Counted from the first letter of the stretch, positions 10,573-20,650 are shown. The stretch is 64,000 bases of DNA from an uncultured bacterium (GCA_963713855.1 OY970209.1:320001-384000), one strand, 5' to 3'. Program-made: numbers and translations. Notes: generated by a model from the sequence alone, not told the origin.

Positions 10573-10923
10573 CTATCCTTTTTGTTGGACGAAAGATTCA
10601 AGCTGCTTGATGGTTAATCCGTTTCTATTAAGGTGCGTTATAGCAAGGCTGCTAAATTGCTCGGTTTTAAATAAACTGAAAAGACGAAGCATATGAGCAG
10701 CCGCACCTTTTCTCGCCTTAAAGTCAGCTTTTGGCCCTAAAAAAATGTTTAACTGGGACATGAAATCTCTATAAAGCGCACGGTCAGCACTCTGAGTTTT
10801 AAGCTCTAAAGCCTCTTTCATATGAGCTTCTTTCTTATTAAGCTCATGCTGGGGCTGTCCTGTACTCTCGTTAACTAGAACAGCAATCAATAGTAGCCCT
10901 AGAGTAGCTATTCGTGCATTCAT
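10573..10923 (-). CDS. Small secreted hypothetical protein
   Basis: AAGGGA SD before MNARIATLGLLLIAVLV signal peptide. Confidence 0.65.
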   Translation of the reverse strand: MNARIATLGLLLIAVLVNESTGQPQHELNKKEAHMKEALELKTQSADRALYRDFMSQLNIFLGPKADFKARKGAAAHMLRLFSLFKTEQFSSLAITHLNRNGLTIKQLESFVQQKG

Positions 10924-11051
10924 GGTTATTTCCCTTTTGCATTTTAAATTATCCACTCTAGCATAGTAGGCGAATATCCTCGAAGACAATACTTAATGCA
11001 AAATAGGACATTATGCAGCACCATAGCGGCAAAATATACTCTTAAAGTCGA

Positions 11052-13607
11052 TTATTTACCGCAACATTTTTTATACTTTTTACCAGAGCCGCAGGGGCAT
11101 ACCTCGTTCCTGCCTACACGATCGCTTTTTGCCGCGGTATCATCGGCATCAACGGAACCCTCGGCCCCTTTCATATTCATCTGCTCCATTTCAAGCTCGC
11201 GCTTTTGCTCAAGCTCGTATTGGTCAAATCGGTCAAGATTCAGGTGGAAAATATTGAACGAAATCTCATACCCAATAGCACTCATCATTTCCTTAAACAT
11301 GCTAAAGGCTTCTCTTTTATACTCAAGAAGCGGGTTTTTTTGCCCCCAGCTTCTAAGTCCAATACCTTCTTTTAAATGGTCAAGGTTAAGCATGTGCTGC
11401 TTCCAAGCGGTATCTATCGCTTCTAAAACAACCCATTTTTGAGCCTCGTTAAAAAGAGCAGCCTTGGTCATACCAGCAGTTTGGGCAGCCGTTTCTTCGG
11501 GCAAGATTGCTTTATAGCGATTACTTAAAAAGTGGGTCATACTGTCAAGTAAGCGATCAATACTACGAGCATGCGATCTAGCATTTTCTAAAGACGCCGC
11601 TGGTACATTAGCAAGTGAACTGACCGATGCAACGATCGAGTCAATAGCTTCCTCGTTGAGCTTGTTGTTAGAAACATGTGTTGCAAATATATGCTCAACG
11701 GCTGTATTTACCTGGTCGTTAACAACGTGAATAACGTGCTCTTTACCTTCTAAAGCGTAACGGCGGTATTTGTAGATAACCATGCGTTGCTGATTTAAAA
11801 CATCGTCATATTCAAGAAGATGTTTACGGGATTCAAAGTTTTGTTTTTCAAGCTTTTCCTGCGCGTTTTCTATGATGCGGGATATAAAGCGAGATTCGAT
11901 AACTTCATCCTCTTTCATCCCTAAGCGATCCATATTGTTTTTAAGGTTATCACCAGCAAAAATTCGAATAAGATCGTCTTCAAGAGAAATGTAAAAGCGA
12001 GATTCACCCGGATCACCTTGACGACCAGAACGTCCTCGAAGCTGATTGTCTATACGCCTACTTTCGTGACGCTCCGTACCGAGAATGTATAAGCCACCGA
12101 CTGCTCGCGCTTCAGGCGTAAGCTTAATGTCCGTTCCTCTACCCGCCATGTTAGTAGCTATGGTAACACGTCCTTCACCTGCGTGCTGGATAATATCAGC
12201 TTCGCGAGCGTGGTTCTTTGCATTCAAAACCTCATGGGGAATAGAATGGGCGTTTAAGATTGTGCTTAAAAGCTCTGACGTTTCGATAGAGATAGTACCA
12301 ATAAGAACCGGCTGTCCTTTTTTGTGGCGCTCTTCCACATCCTTCGCAATCGCTTTATATTTAGCCGCCTTTGTCAAGAAAATGACGTCATTTTTGTCAT
12401 CGCGAATCATACGTTGATTAGTTGGAATTGAAACAACGTCAAGCTTATAAATTTTCCAGAATTCTTCAGCTTCCGTTGCAGCAGTACCTGTCATACCAGC
12501 TAATGTGGTATAGAGCCTGAAGAAATTTTGAAGCGTTATAGAAGCAAGTGTCTGGCTTTCTCGCTCAATGGTAACGCCTTCTTTGGCCTCCAAAGCCTGG
12601 TGAAGCCCATCACTATAGCGACGGCCGGGAAGTATTCTACCCGTAAACTCGTCGACAATGAGCACTTGGTCATCCTTAACAACGTAATCGACATCGCGCT
12701 TATAGAGCGCATGAGCACGTAAAGCTTGATTGACATGATGTAAAAGTTTCAGATTCTCTATGTAGTAAAGATTCTGAATACCAAATGCTGCCTCTACCTT
12801 ATCAATCGCGCCCTCGGTCATCTGCACCGATCTCATTTTTTCATCTATATCGTAATCTGTAGTCTTTTGAAAGTGCTTAACAACGTTATCGACGTCTGCG
12901 TAAAGGCGACTGCTTTCCTCAGAAGGTCCAGAAATAATAAGCGGGGTACGAGCTTCATCGATCAAAATCGAGTCAACTTCATCAACGATCGCAAAAGAAA
13001 GATCTCTTTGCACGTAATCCTCGAGCCTAAACTTCATATTATCTCTCAGATAATCAAAGCCGAGCTCATTGTTGGTAGCGTACACGATATCAGAAGCATA
13101 CACTTCTTTGCGCTCGCGATCGGACATCCAGTTTTGTAAGCAACCTACACGAAGCCCAAGCGCTTGATAAATTACACCCATCCATTCAGCATCACGACGA
13201 GCCAAATAGTCGTTAACGGTAACAAGATGCGAGCTTTTTCCTGTAAGAGCATTAAGATACAAGGGCAACGTCGCAGTCAAGGTTTTACCCTCACCGGTCT
13301 TCATCTCAGCGATTTTACCCTCATGAAGGACGATGCCACCCATAAGCTGGACATCAAAATGGCGCTGCCCAAGCTTACGTTTAGCTGTTTCACGCACAAC
13401 GGCAAATGCCTCTGGCAAAATATCATCTAAGGGACAGCCCCTATCTAATCTCTCTTTAAATTCTTGCGTCTTCTGAGCTAATTCCTGATCGGTCAAGGGA
13501 GCAATACGAGGCTCAAGGCTATTAATTAGCCGCACCGTATTTTCGAGCCTTTTAAGCTTGCGATCATTTGCTGTTCCAAAAACTTTTGCTAAAAGCCGTG
13601 CAATCAT
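11052..13607 (-). CDS. secA: Preprotein translocase ATPase SecA
   Basis: MKTGEGKT, DEVDSILIDEARTPLIISG, ATNMAGRGTDI, QLRGRSGRQGDPG, C-terminal SEC-C GRNEVCPCGSGKKYKKCC. Confidence 0.99.
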   Translation of the reverse strand: MIARLLAKVFGTANDRKLKRLENTVRLINSLEPRIAPLTDQELAQKTQEFKERLDRGCPLDDILPEAFAVVRETAKRKLGQRHFDVQLMGGIVLHEGKIAEMKTGEGKTLTATLPLYLNALTGKSSHLVTVNDYLARRDAEWMGVIYQALGLRVGCLQNWMSDRERKEVYASDIVYATNNELGFDYLRDNMKFRLEDYVQRDLSFAIVDEVDSILIDEARTPLIISGPSEESSRLYADVDNVVKHFQKTTDYDIDEKMRSVQMTEGAIDKVEAAFGIQNLYYIENLKLLHHVNQALRAHALYKRDVDYVVKDDQVLIVDEFTGRILPGRRYSDGLHQALEAKEGVTIERESQTLASITLQNFFRLYTTLAGMTGTAATEAEEFWKIYKLDVVSIPTNQRMIRDDKNDVIFLTKAAKYKAIAKDVEERHKKGQPVLIGTISIETSELLSTILNAHSIPHEVLNAKNHAREADIIQHAGEGRVTIATNMAGRGTDIKLTPEARAVGGLYILGTERHESRRIDNQLRGRSGRQGDPGESRFYISLEDDLIRIFAGDNLKNNMDRLGMKEDEVIESRFISRIIENAQEKLEKQNFESRKHLLEYDDVLNQQRMVIYKYRRYALEGKEHVIHVVNDQVNTAVEHIFATHVSNNKLNEEAIDSIVASVSSLANVPAASLENARSHARSIDRLLDSMTHFLSNRYKAILPEETAAQTAGMTKAALFNEAQKWVVLEAIDTAWKQHMLNLDHLKEGIGLRSWGQKNPLLEYKREAFSMFKEMMSAIGYEISFNIFHLNLDRFDQYELEQKRELEMEQMNMKGAEGSVDADDTAAKSDRVGRNEVCPCGSGKKYKKCCGK

Positions 13608-13844
13608 TCCAAAACCCTTATATCTTATCTTTACATGAGAGAGTATATACCATCCCTTACTAAAGCAGAAGAAATCGCTTAAAAAAGGAAGGACGCTTAC
13701 ATTACTCCATCAAAAAAATCTGTAATAACTCGCATTACCCTGCGAATGCTATTATGTATACAATAGCAAAAAAACGACTTGCCGTCTATCTAATAGGCAT
13801 TATCCAATCGACCATTTTGCCACATGATGCGCCAAAATTACCAC

Positions 13845-14567
13845 CTATCTAAGCGCTGCTATGGTAATCTGGCGTAATCCGTCAGAGCCTTCCCGGCGGT
13901 GCGAACAAAACGAGACATCGCAAATAGTGCAAGCGCTATAGTGAGTGTGAATGGCCGGTCTTGAAATTCCGTATTCTAAAAGCTGGAGTATATTAAAAAG
14001 AGGAAGATCAAAAAAAACCTCATTTTGGCGCTGATAAAGTACCTGGTCAGCAAAAGAAAAAGCACTTACAGCATTGATGACATCTTCTTTAATTGTGTAA
14101 CAACAAGCTTTTGCAGAAGGACCAAGAAAGATGCGTATTGAGTCCATGCGCACGGGAAAATGACTTAAAAGTGCCTCAAGCATAACAATTGCTATTTTTT
14201 GAACGGATCCAAGCCATCCGGCATGGGCAATTCCAACGATGTGCAAATGGGGATCATAGACGATAATTGGAAGACAATCCCCCGAGATGACCGCGATACC
14301 CACTCCTGGAAGAGTGCTTATAAGATAATCACCATCGGCAGGATCTGATGCAAGAAGCTGAAGATCTTTCCGGGTTTTCAAGATTTTTCCTTGAGTGCCA
14401 TGCACCTGTTTTAGCGTCACAACACTGTGCATCCCCATGAGCTGACCAGCAAGCTTAAAAAAGGGATAGTCTGGCTCATCAAGCACTCCCGTAAAGGTAT
14501 GCCTTGGAAAAGCAGTCTTTTTGTCACCCCAATAGATAGAAAAAAGAGGCTCGCTATGAAATAGCAT
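13845..14567 (-). CDS. pgeF: Peptidoglycan editing factor / purine nucleoside phosphorylase YfiH family
   Basis: QVHG, GDCLPI, AHAGW, GPSAKACCY, CTIC, SHRR motifs. Confidence 0.92.
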   Translation of the reverse strand: MLFHSEPLFSIYWGDKKTAFPRHTFTGVLDEPDYPFFKLAGQLMGMHSVVTLKQVHGTQGKILKTRKDLQLLASDPADGDYLISTLPGVGIAVISGDCLPIIVYDPHLHIVGIAHAGWLGSVQKIAIVMLEALLSHFPVRMDSIRIFLGPSAKACCYTIKEDVINAVSAFSFADQVLYQRQNEVFFDLPLFNILQLLEYGISRPAIHTHYSACTICDVSFCSHRREGSDGLRQITIAALR

Positions 14568-14671
14568 GTGCTCCTTTGCTCGCTCTTAAGCTGTTTGCCG
14601 AGTTTAACGTTTTTTAATACAATAACATTAAGTAGCTAATAATCCAATAAATAAGGGGCAATTCTAAACGC

Positions 14672-15559
14672 ATGTTTAGCTTCATCAAAGAAAAACTCGG
14701 TAAAATTTACGCAACCTTGACATCAAAACTCGGCTCTCTTTTTGCCAAAAGCACTATTGATAAAGGCACGCTCAAAGAGCTAGAGCGCATTTTACTCGAA
14801 GCAGATACGGGAGTACCTACAACCCGATTTCTCATTGACACCCTTTTACACGAGACAGTAAAAGGTGCTATTCGCACAGGTGATCAACTTAAAAACTCAC
14901 TGAGTGCCCACCTTAAAGCCCTTCTTACAACATGTTCTTATAGTTCAGATGAACGAATTTTTATGCTTGTCGGCGTCAATGGTACTGGAAAGACGACTTT
15001 TGCCGGAAAGCTTGCAACATTGTATAAGAATCAAGGTAAAAAAGTGCTGATAGCAGCAGCTGATACCTTTCGTGCCGCCGCAGTAGAGCAACTATCTATC
15101 CTCGCAGATCGAAGTGGAATTACTTGTACTTCTGGTACAGAAGGCAGTGATCCGGCGTCAGTCGTTTACAGCGCGTTAAAAAAATATAACGATGAAAAAT
15201 ATGACATACTTATTATCGATACAGCTGGACGACTTCAAAACAAAGTTAATCTCATGCGCGAGCTTGAAAAGGTAAGAAAAGTCATAGAAAAACAAGCACC
15301 AAACAAAAAACTTACCACCCTGTTAACTATAGATTCGCTTCTTGGTCAAAACTCGCTCGACCAAGCGCATCTTTTTAATCAAGCTGCAAAACTTGATGGT
15401 ATCGTGTTAACAAAGATGGATGGTACGGGAAAAGGTGGTATTGTATTTGCAATATGCAAGGAAGTTGGTGTTCCTGTAGCATATCTGTCGTACGGCGAGC
15501 AAATTGATCAGATAAAGCGATTTGATGCAAATGAATATGTTAATGAATTACTTGAGTAG
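14672..15559 (+). CDS. ftsY: Signal recognition particle receptor FtsY (NG domain only)
   Basis: GVNGTGKTT, AADTFRAAAVEQL, DTAGR, TKMDGTGKGG. Confidence 0.97.
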   Translation: MFSFIKEKLGKIYATLTSKLGSLFAKSTIDKGTLKELERILLEADTGVPTTRFLIDTLLHETVKGAIRTGDQLKNSLSAHLKALLTTCSYSSDERIFMLVGVNGTGKTTFAGKLATLYKNQGKKVLIAAADTFRAAAVEQLSILADRSGITCTSGTEGSDPASVVYSALKKYNDEKYDILIIDTAGRLQNKVNLMRELEKVRKVIEKQAPNKKLTTLLTIDSLLGQNSLDQAHLFNQAAKLDGIVLTKMDGTGKGGIVFAICKEVGVPVAYLSYGEQIDQIKRFDANEYVNELLE

Positions 15560-15562
15560 CCG

Positions 15563-16462
15563 TTGAAAAATGTTTTTTTACAAAAACTTTTAAAAACTAC
15601 AACCGACCACCTGCAGCCACTATACCGTGACACTCGAGTAGCTCGAGACCACGCGTGGTATATCATCGAGCATTGTACTAAAAAAAATAAAACTGAGCTT
15701 TTATCCTCTCCGCCCCATAAATTGACCTTCCACGAGCAGAATCTTTTAGAAAAAGTGCTCAATAACATGGTTGAGCACCGAATGCCGATCGCCTATGCTT
15801 TGGGATCGGTACCATTTCTGTCTTTAGACATCACTATTTATCCTCCCATCCTTATACCACGACCAGACACCGAGTATTGGTGCGCTATGGTCATAAAAGA
15901 GGTTGAGCCTCTTATAAAAAAAGCCACAGCAGATAACCCTTTTATCGTTTTAGACCTTTGCACTGGATCAGGATGTATTGCACTTAGCATAGCGAATCAT
16001 TTTTGCAAAAATGCAGTGCGTGTCGTTGGGGTTGATATATCTGAAGTTGCACTTTCGTGCGCAGCTTTGAATGCTCAAAAACTTTCGCTTAATAATTGCA
16101 CCTTTATTAGAAGCGACATTTACCAAAGTCTTCCAAAAGGGTTTAAGGCTGATCTTATAGTTGCAAACCCTCCCTACATTGACGAATACGAATATCAAAA
16201 ACTTGAACCGGAAGTACGCCTCTGGGAAGATAAACAAGCACTTGTCGCAAAAGAAGGTGGATATGCGATTATCGGGCAAATTGCTCAAAAAGCAAAACAG
16301 TTTTTAAGAAACACTCACGGCTATGGAAAACTTTGGTGCGAGATCGGCGCGCATCAAAAAAAAGGTGCTACCTCCATTTTTAAAGAGTTCGGCCTTGACA
16401 ATAGCCAGATTATTAAGGACATTGCAGGAAGAGATCGCGTTATAAAAGCAAAGGGAGCGTAG
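15563..16462 (+). CDS. prmC: Release factor glutamine methyltransferase
   Basis: LIPRPDTE, LDLCTGSGCIA, NPPY, DIAGRDRV; TTG start. Confidence 0.95.
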   Translation: MKNVFLQKLLKTTTDHLQPLYRDTRVARDHAWYIIEHCTKKNKTELLSSPPHKLTFHEQNLLEKVLNNMVEHRMPIAYALGSVPFLSLDITIYPPILIPRPDTEYWCAMVIKEVEPLIKKATADNPFIVLDLCTGSGCIALSIANHFCKNAVRVVGVDISEVALSCAALNAQKLSLNNCTFIRSDIYQSLPKGFKADLIVANPPYIDEYEYQKLEPEVRLWEDKQALVAKEGGYAIIGQIAQKAKQFLRNTHGYGKLWCEIGAHQKKGATSIFKEFGLDNSQIIKDIAGRDRVIKAKGA

Positions 16463-16466
16463 AGAT

Positions 16467-17006
16467 ATGAAAGCACCTACATTCGGACTAGTCGTACAAG
16501 AAAAGAAGCTTGGCCTCATCGCCTGGCGTGCCGATGGGCATGAGCTAGACCAACAATGGCTCACGCTAGATAATATGGAGATAGATAGGCTTATTATCTT
16601 TAAACCAGCGCTTTTAGCACCACTTATTACGTCATTCATACACCGTTTTTCGCACGCTGACGACAGCCCATGCATTATTACCTTGGATGGCCCAGGTATC
16701 AGTGAAAACGTGCATCAGGAAATACCTGAAATGGTAGATATTGGTTATGCTTGGAACTTCTACCCTCTTGGAAAACGTTGGTACGGTTCTGGTATACCGT
16801 TTTGGCTCAGGGCGCAATATCAATTACTCGCATTAAGGTTACCCGTTAAACTTATTGGAGTTACAAGCCTAAGAGCAGTTTATACATCGCTGTATCAGGA
16901 AAACAATTCAAGCACCGACATGCAACACATGCTTGCTTTGTTGAGGGAATCTATGGATCAAAATTCGTCATACAGTAAAGCCCTCTACACTCCTGCAACG
17001 CTTTAA
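16467..17006 (+). CDS. Hypothetical protein (position suggests degenerate PilM/GspL-like partner)
   Basis: Tightly coupled between prmC and the PilN-like gene; no clear motif. Confidence 0.5.
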   Translation: MKAPTFGLVVQEKKLGLIAWRADGHELDQQWLTLDNMEIDRLIIFKPALLAPLITSFIHRFSHADDSPCIITLDGPGISENVHQEIPEMVDIGYAWNFYPLGKRWYGSGIPFWLRAQYQLLALRLPVKLIGVTSLRAVYTSLYQENNSSTDMQHMLALLRESMDQNSSYSKALYTPATL

Positions 17007-17012
17007 GGTCGA

Positions 17013-17534
17013 TTGCTCATGCATGTAGCCAACGATCACGAGCGTGAACATATCGCGCTATCTAAATGGTATAAGCACTCCTGTGTGCTCCTTTCAAGCA
17101 CACTCTTTGGCATCGTCGCTCTATACATGCTCAAAGCGTACAAAACTCCTGTGGTATACGCGTTTAAAGAACGAAAGAATGAGCTTGAAGAAGCATGCCA
17201 GGAATTAAAAAATGAACGCTGTAAAGAAATGGCGCGCAACCAGACGTATACACGATACCTTCAAACGCATACTAAAAGACACGCCGCTCTACTACATTAT
17301 CTTGAAAGCATCGCGGCTATATTGCCGCCCGACGTCCGACTAGATAAATTCGAGCTTCAAAACTCAGTTTTAAAACTAAAAGGTACCGCTCTTTTGCCAA
17401 AGAGCTTGACGACCTTTTTTAAACGTTTAAGATATGAAGCAGCACAACGACAAGATACTATAACTGAAATAAAGAAGAAAAATAATCAAGGCAAGGATCC
17501 TTCCTTTGCCATCACCCTAAGAATTACTCTTTAA
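17013..17534 (+). CDS. PilN/GspL-like bitopic membrane protein
   Basis: TM helix, coiled coil, then LESIAAILPPDVRLDKFELQNSVLKLKGTA...FFKRL...FAITL, matching the PilN periplasmic pattern. Confidence 0.7.
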   Translation: MLMHVANDHEREHIALSKWYKHSCVLLSSTLFGIVALYMLKAYKTPVVYAFKERKNELEEACQELKNERCKEMARNQTYTRYLQTHTKRHAALLHYLESIAAILPPDVRLDKFELQNSVLKLKGTALLPKSLTTFFKRLRYEAAQRQDTITEIKKKNNQGKDPSFAITLRITL

Positions 17535-17543
17535 AGCGACTGT

Positions 17544-19382
17544 ATGGCTAAAATCAAATTATTGTCTCCGTTAGAAATACGAAAGATAGCTGCGGGTGAA
17601 GTTATTGAGCGTCCTTCAAATGTTATTAAAGAGCTTATAGAAAATGCAATAGACGCAGAATCCACGGCAATTACGCTCTATATTGAGCATGGCGGAAAAA
17701 CGCTCATAAGGGTTATAGATGATGGTTGCGGCATGTCCCCTGAAGATGCTCGTTTGAGTATTGTGCATCATGCAACGAGTAAGATTACCAATCTTGAAGA
17801 CCTTCAGGCTTTGAGTACGTTTGGTTTTAGGGGGGAGGCTTTATCAAGCATAGCTTCGGTAAGCCGCTTTAGCCTTAAAACGCGTGAGGCCCATACGATG
17901 GAGGGTATTGAGCTTACCGTTGAGGATGGTCAGATCAGAGAAGAAAAGCTCTGCGCATGCGCTAAAGGCACTGACATAACAGTTGCAGACCTTTTTTACA
18001 ACATGCCTGCAAGGAAGAAGTTTCTCAAAGCGGATGAAACAGAACTTAGAACAATAGTACATCTCGTACAGGCCTTTGCACTTTGTTATGAAGATCGTGC
18101 ATTTAAAATGTATCATAATCAAAAGCTCATCCTTCAATGCCAACCCGCTCAAAGCCTTGAAGCAAGGCTACCCATGCTCTATGAAGAGCTTTTTGTTAAA
18201 GCAATTATACCTTGCGCAAATAAAGATCCCCAGGGCATTGTTTTTGCAGGAGCTATTAGTAATCAGCACTACATACGGTATGATCGCAACCAAATGTACC
18301 TCTTTGTAAATAAGCGATGGATCAAAAACCCTAAGCTTACGCATGCTTTTATCAAAGGATATGACGGGGTTTTACCGGCAGGTCGCTACCCAGCTGGAAG
18401 CATTTTTATTACTATCGATCCGACGCAGGTTGATATTAACGTGCACCCGCGAAAAGAAGAGGTGCAATTTTTACACCCTCGACGCCTTGAAATTGCGCTT
18501 GAGGAACTTGTACGCACCACATTAACAAAACATACAAGCGGTTCCATAGGAAATTCTTATACCGCCTACGCACCACTGCAAAGTGTTTATAAAGAACCAG
18601 TTACATTGCCACCAACAAGTCCTGAAGCTGCAGTTTTAGTACATGATAATCTTCATAAGGGCATTATGTTCAAGACCTCAGAGATTCTCGAGCCTGTTGG
18701 ACAAGAATCCGTCGAAGTATTTAACGCAGCTCTTACAAAAGCTCTATCAGACACTGCTGAAGTGCCTAAAACAGAGTTTAAGCAAACGACGAGCTCGGAA
18801 AATGCTTTTCGCATTCTCGGTCAACTTAAAGCAACGTATATCCTTATTGAAAACGGAGACGGGCTCGTTCTTGTTGACCAGCATGCTGCTCACGAACGAA
18901 TTTTGTACGAGCTCTTTGAAAAAAGATTTTCAGAAGTTTCCGTTGTTCCTCTCCTGTTTCCTCCACTTTTAAGCTTTGCAACTGATGAAGCTTCTATGCT
19001 GGCTCAATGCATTCCCTTCTTAGCAGATTACGGAATAGAGCTTTATGAAAGCGGGAATAACCAATATCTTGTAAAAACTCTTCCGGTCGTTCTTAAAAAT
19101 GTGGATATAAACCATTTTATTCGCTCTTTTATAGCCTCGAACCATGAAGCCGATGATAAAGAAATGGGCGGCTTTACGCAGTCACTCCACCATGCTCTCC
19201 GCGCTCAAATGGCATGCAAAGCGGCCGTAAAAGCAGGTGATACACTTACTCATGAACATATGCTCGAACTTATTACATCACTAAACACTGTTCAACACCG
19301 CTTTACCTGTCCCCATGGACGGCCAACTTCATGGAACATTGGCTTATCTGAAATCGAGAGAAAATTTAAAAGAAAGCTATAA
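17544..19382 (+). CDS. mutL: DNA mismatch repair endonuclease MutL
   Basis: IAAGEVIERP, GFRGEALSSI, DINVHPRK, DQHAAHER, ACK, CPHGRP. Confidence 0.99.
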   Translation: MAKIKLLSPLEIRKIAAGEVIERPSNVIKELIENAIDAESTAITLYIEHGGKTLIRVIDDGCGMSPEDARLSIVHHATSKITNLEDLQALSTFGFRGEALSSIASVSRFSLKTREAHTMEGIELTVEDGQIREEKLCACAKGTDITVADLFYNMPARKKFLKADETELRTIVHLVQAFALCYEDRAFKMYHNQKLILQCQPAQSLEARLPMLYEELFVKAIIPCANKDPQGIVFAGAISNQHYIRYDRNQMYLFVNKRWIKNPKLTHAFIKGYDGVLPAGRYPAGSIFITIDPTQVDINVHPRKEEVQFLHPRRLEIALEELVRTTLTKHTSGSIGNSYTAYAPLQSVYKEPVTLPPTSPEAAVLVHDNLHKGIMFKTSEILEPVGQESVEVFNAALTKALSDTAEVPKTEFKQTTSSENAFRILGQLKATYILIENGDGLVLVDQHAAHERILYELFEKRFSEVSVVPLLFPPLLSFATDEASMLAQCIPFLADYGIELYESGNNQYLVKTLPVVLKNVDINHFIRSFIASNHEADDKEMGGFTQSLHHALRAQMACKAAVKAGDTLTHEHMLELITSLNTVQHRFTCPHGRPTSWNIGLSEIERKFKRKL

Positions 19383-19511
19383 AAGATATTTATTCAATAA
19401 ATAAATATACTTAATACTTGACTTTTATATATATGAATTTGCTAATATAAATTATAATAGTGTAGACAATGAAGAGAACGTTTAGTAAATAAATGTTGAG
19501 CAAGGAGTTTT

Positions 19512-19724
19512 TTGATGTCAGTTTTTTATCAGTTATTATTTGTTGGCTGCGCGTTAGTACTAAACTCGGTTTTACTTGCGCTTACGCCTCAGCAAGCATG
19601 TGTTAACGCACGAGAACACCAACTTTGTCGAGCTTCAGATCCATCGGGTCAAGACTTCTTCACTGGAACATGTAACCGTGATATGTCAGGTGCTCTTTTA
19701 TGCAAAGTAGTACCAGGCGATTAA
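19512..19724 (+). CDS. Secreted 4-Cys micro-protein
   Basis: AAGGAG SD; signal peptide; mature C-x8-C-x14-C-x9-C. Confidence 0.75.
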   Translation: MMSVFYQLLFVGCALVLNSVLLALTPQQACVNAREHQLCRASDPSGQDFFTGTCNRDMSGALLCKVVPGD

Positions 19725-19746
19725 CTTTAAACTAAGGAAGATAGGA

Positions 19747-19965
19747 ATGAAAACTTTATATACAGCACTATTATTGATAGGATGCGCGCTCGTTCAAAAC
19801 TTAGCTTTTGCCGTTACACGGCAGGCGCCCACGCCCGAAGTTGCTTGCAGTAGCTCTCAAGCAGGTGATCCATGCACAGCTACACAAACACGTAACCCGT
19901 CCGTTGTCTTTCAGGGAAAATGTAGACAATTTGGCAGTGGTCTAGCATGTCAAGAACCGTATTAA
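19747..19965 (+). CDS. Secreted 4-Cys micro-protein (paralog of 19512..19724)
   Basis: Signal peptide ending AFA; mature C-x8-C-x15-C-x8-C. Confidence 0.78.
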   Translation: MKTLYTALLLIGCALVQNLAFAVTRQAPTPEVACSSSQAGDPCTATQTRNPSVVFQGKCRQFGSGLACQEPY

Positions 19966-19982
19966 TCGAGACGTGAATAACG

Positions 19983-20372
19983 ATGGGAAAAATTAGCTGC
20001 ACGCTCTTTGCGGCACTATGTCTAGGGTTTGCGTTGACAAAGGCAGACTCAAATCTACGAGTGATTGAGCCTTGTGTAAAGCCAAATACGAGTTGCATCT
20101 TGGGTTTTTCATGTAAACCGGGCGAGCCGTGTTCTATGGCAAAATTAAAAGGCTATTGCGATCAGCAAAATGAGTGCATAATCTTAAACGAGAGATGTTC
20201 GTCTGATCCACAGAGCAATATCGTAAACGGACGCTATATGCGCACTGCTGACGGTAGTATCGTGTGCGCTGTTGAGGGACAATCATGCAGCACAAATCCG
20301 CTTGATGCAAGTGCTGCTAAAGGCATTTACGAACTATCTCATTACGGTATGGTCTGCTCAACAAAAGGCTAG
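19983..20372 (+). CDS. Secreted Cys-rich repeat protein
   Basis: Signal peptide ending TKA; 10 Cys in the mature part, with two C-S-x-x-P...G-x-Y...VC units. Confidence 0.75.
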   Translation: MGKISCTLFAALCLGFALTKADSNLRVIEPCVKPNTSCILGFSCKPGEPCSMAKLKGYCDQQNECIILNERCSSDPQSNIVNGRYMRTADGSIVCAVEGQSCSTNPLDASAAKGIYELSHYGMVCSTKG

Positions 20373-20424
20373 AATTACGTTCGGTGGGCCTTATTCATGA
20401 TAAGACCTCGTCAATTGATCGCAG

Positions 20425-20650
20425 GAATTTTCACCCACTCTCAGGCTCGGATTTAGGTTTTACTCAACACTTATAGAAGTAGGAGTTTCGTATAATCCTC
20501 TCCAACCACCGTTGGACAATGGCTTGTCCAAGGTCCGCAAGGTTAGGATAACCGTAGTTTTACAGAGTATCAGTTTCCAACGCTATGGGTTTTTTACGTG
20601 GTTAACCCTTCCCGTAGTCCCTACGGTACAATTACCTTACGAGTAATTCT
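20425..20650 (-). ncRNA. Putative structured RNA / IS200-IS605 TnpB omega-RNA-like or right-end relic, no transposase
   Basis: Dense inverted repeats (20501-20516, 20512-20531, 20587-20608, 20612-20626, 20630-20648); minus strand reads GTACCGTAGGGACTACGGGAA...GAAACTCCTACTTCTATAAGTG, similar from memory to IS605-family 3' ends. Confidence 0.45.

Noticed and set aside
10573..10923. RALYR shared with 10226..10540, suggesting a third paralog
   Set aside because: Only five residues match; the W/CG/NS motif is absent
10996..11442. 148-aa plus-strand ORF and the other short ORFs antisense to or nested in secA, mutL, typA, ftsZ, mdlC
   Set aside because: Shadow frames of well-supported genes, no SD or motifs
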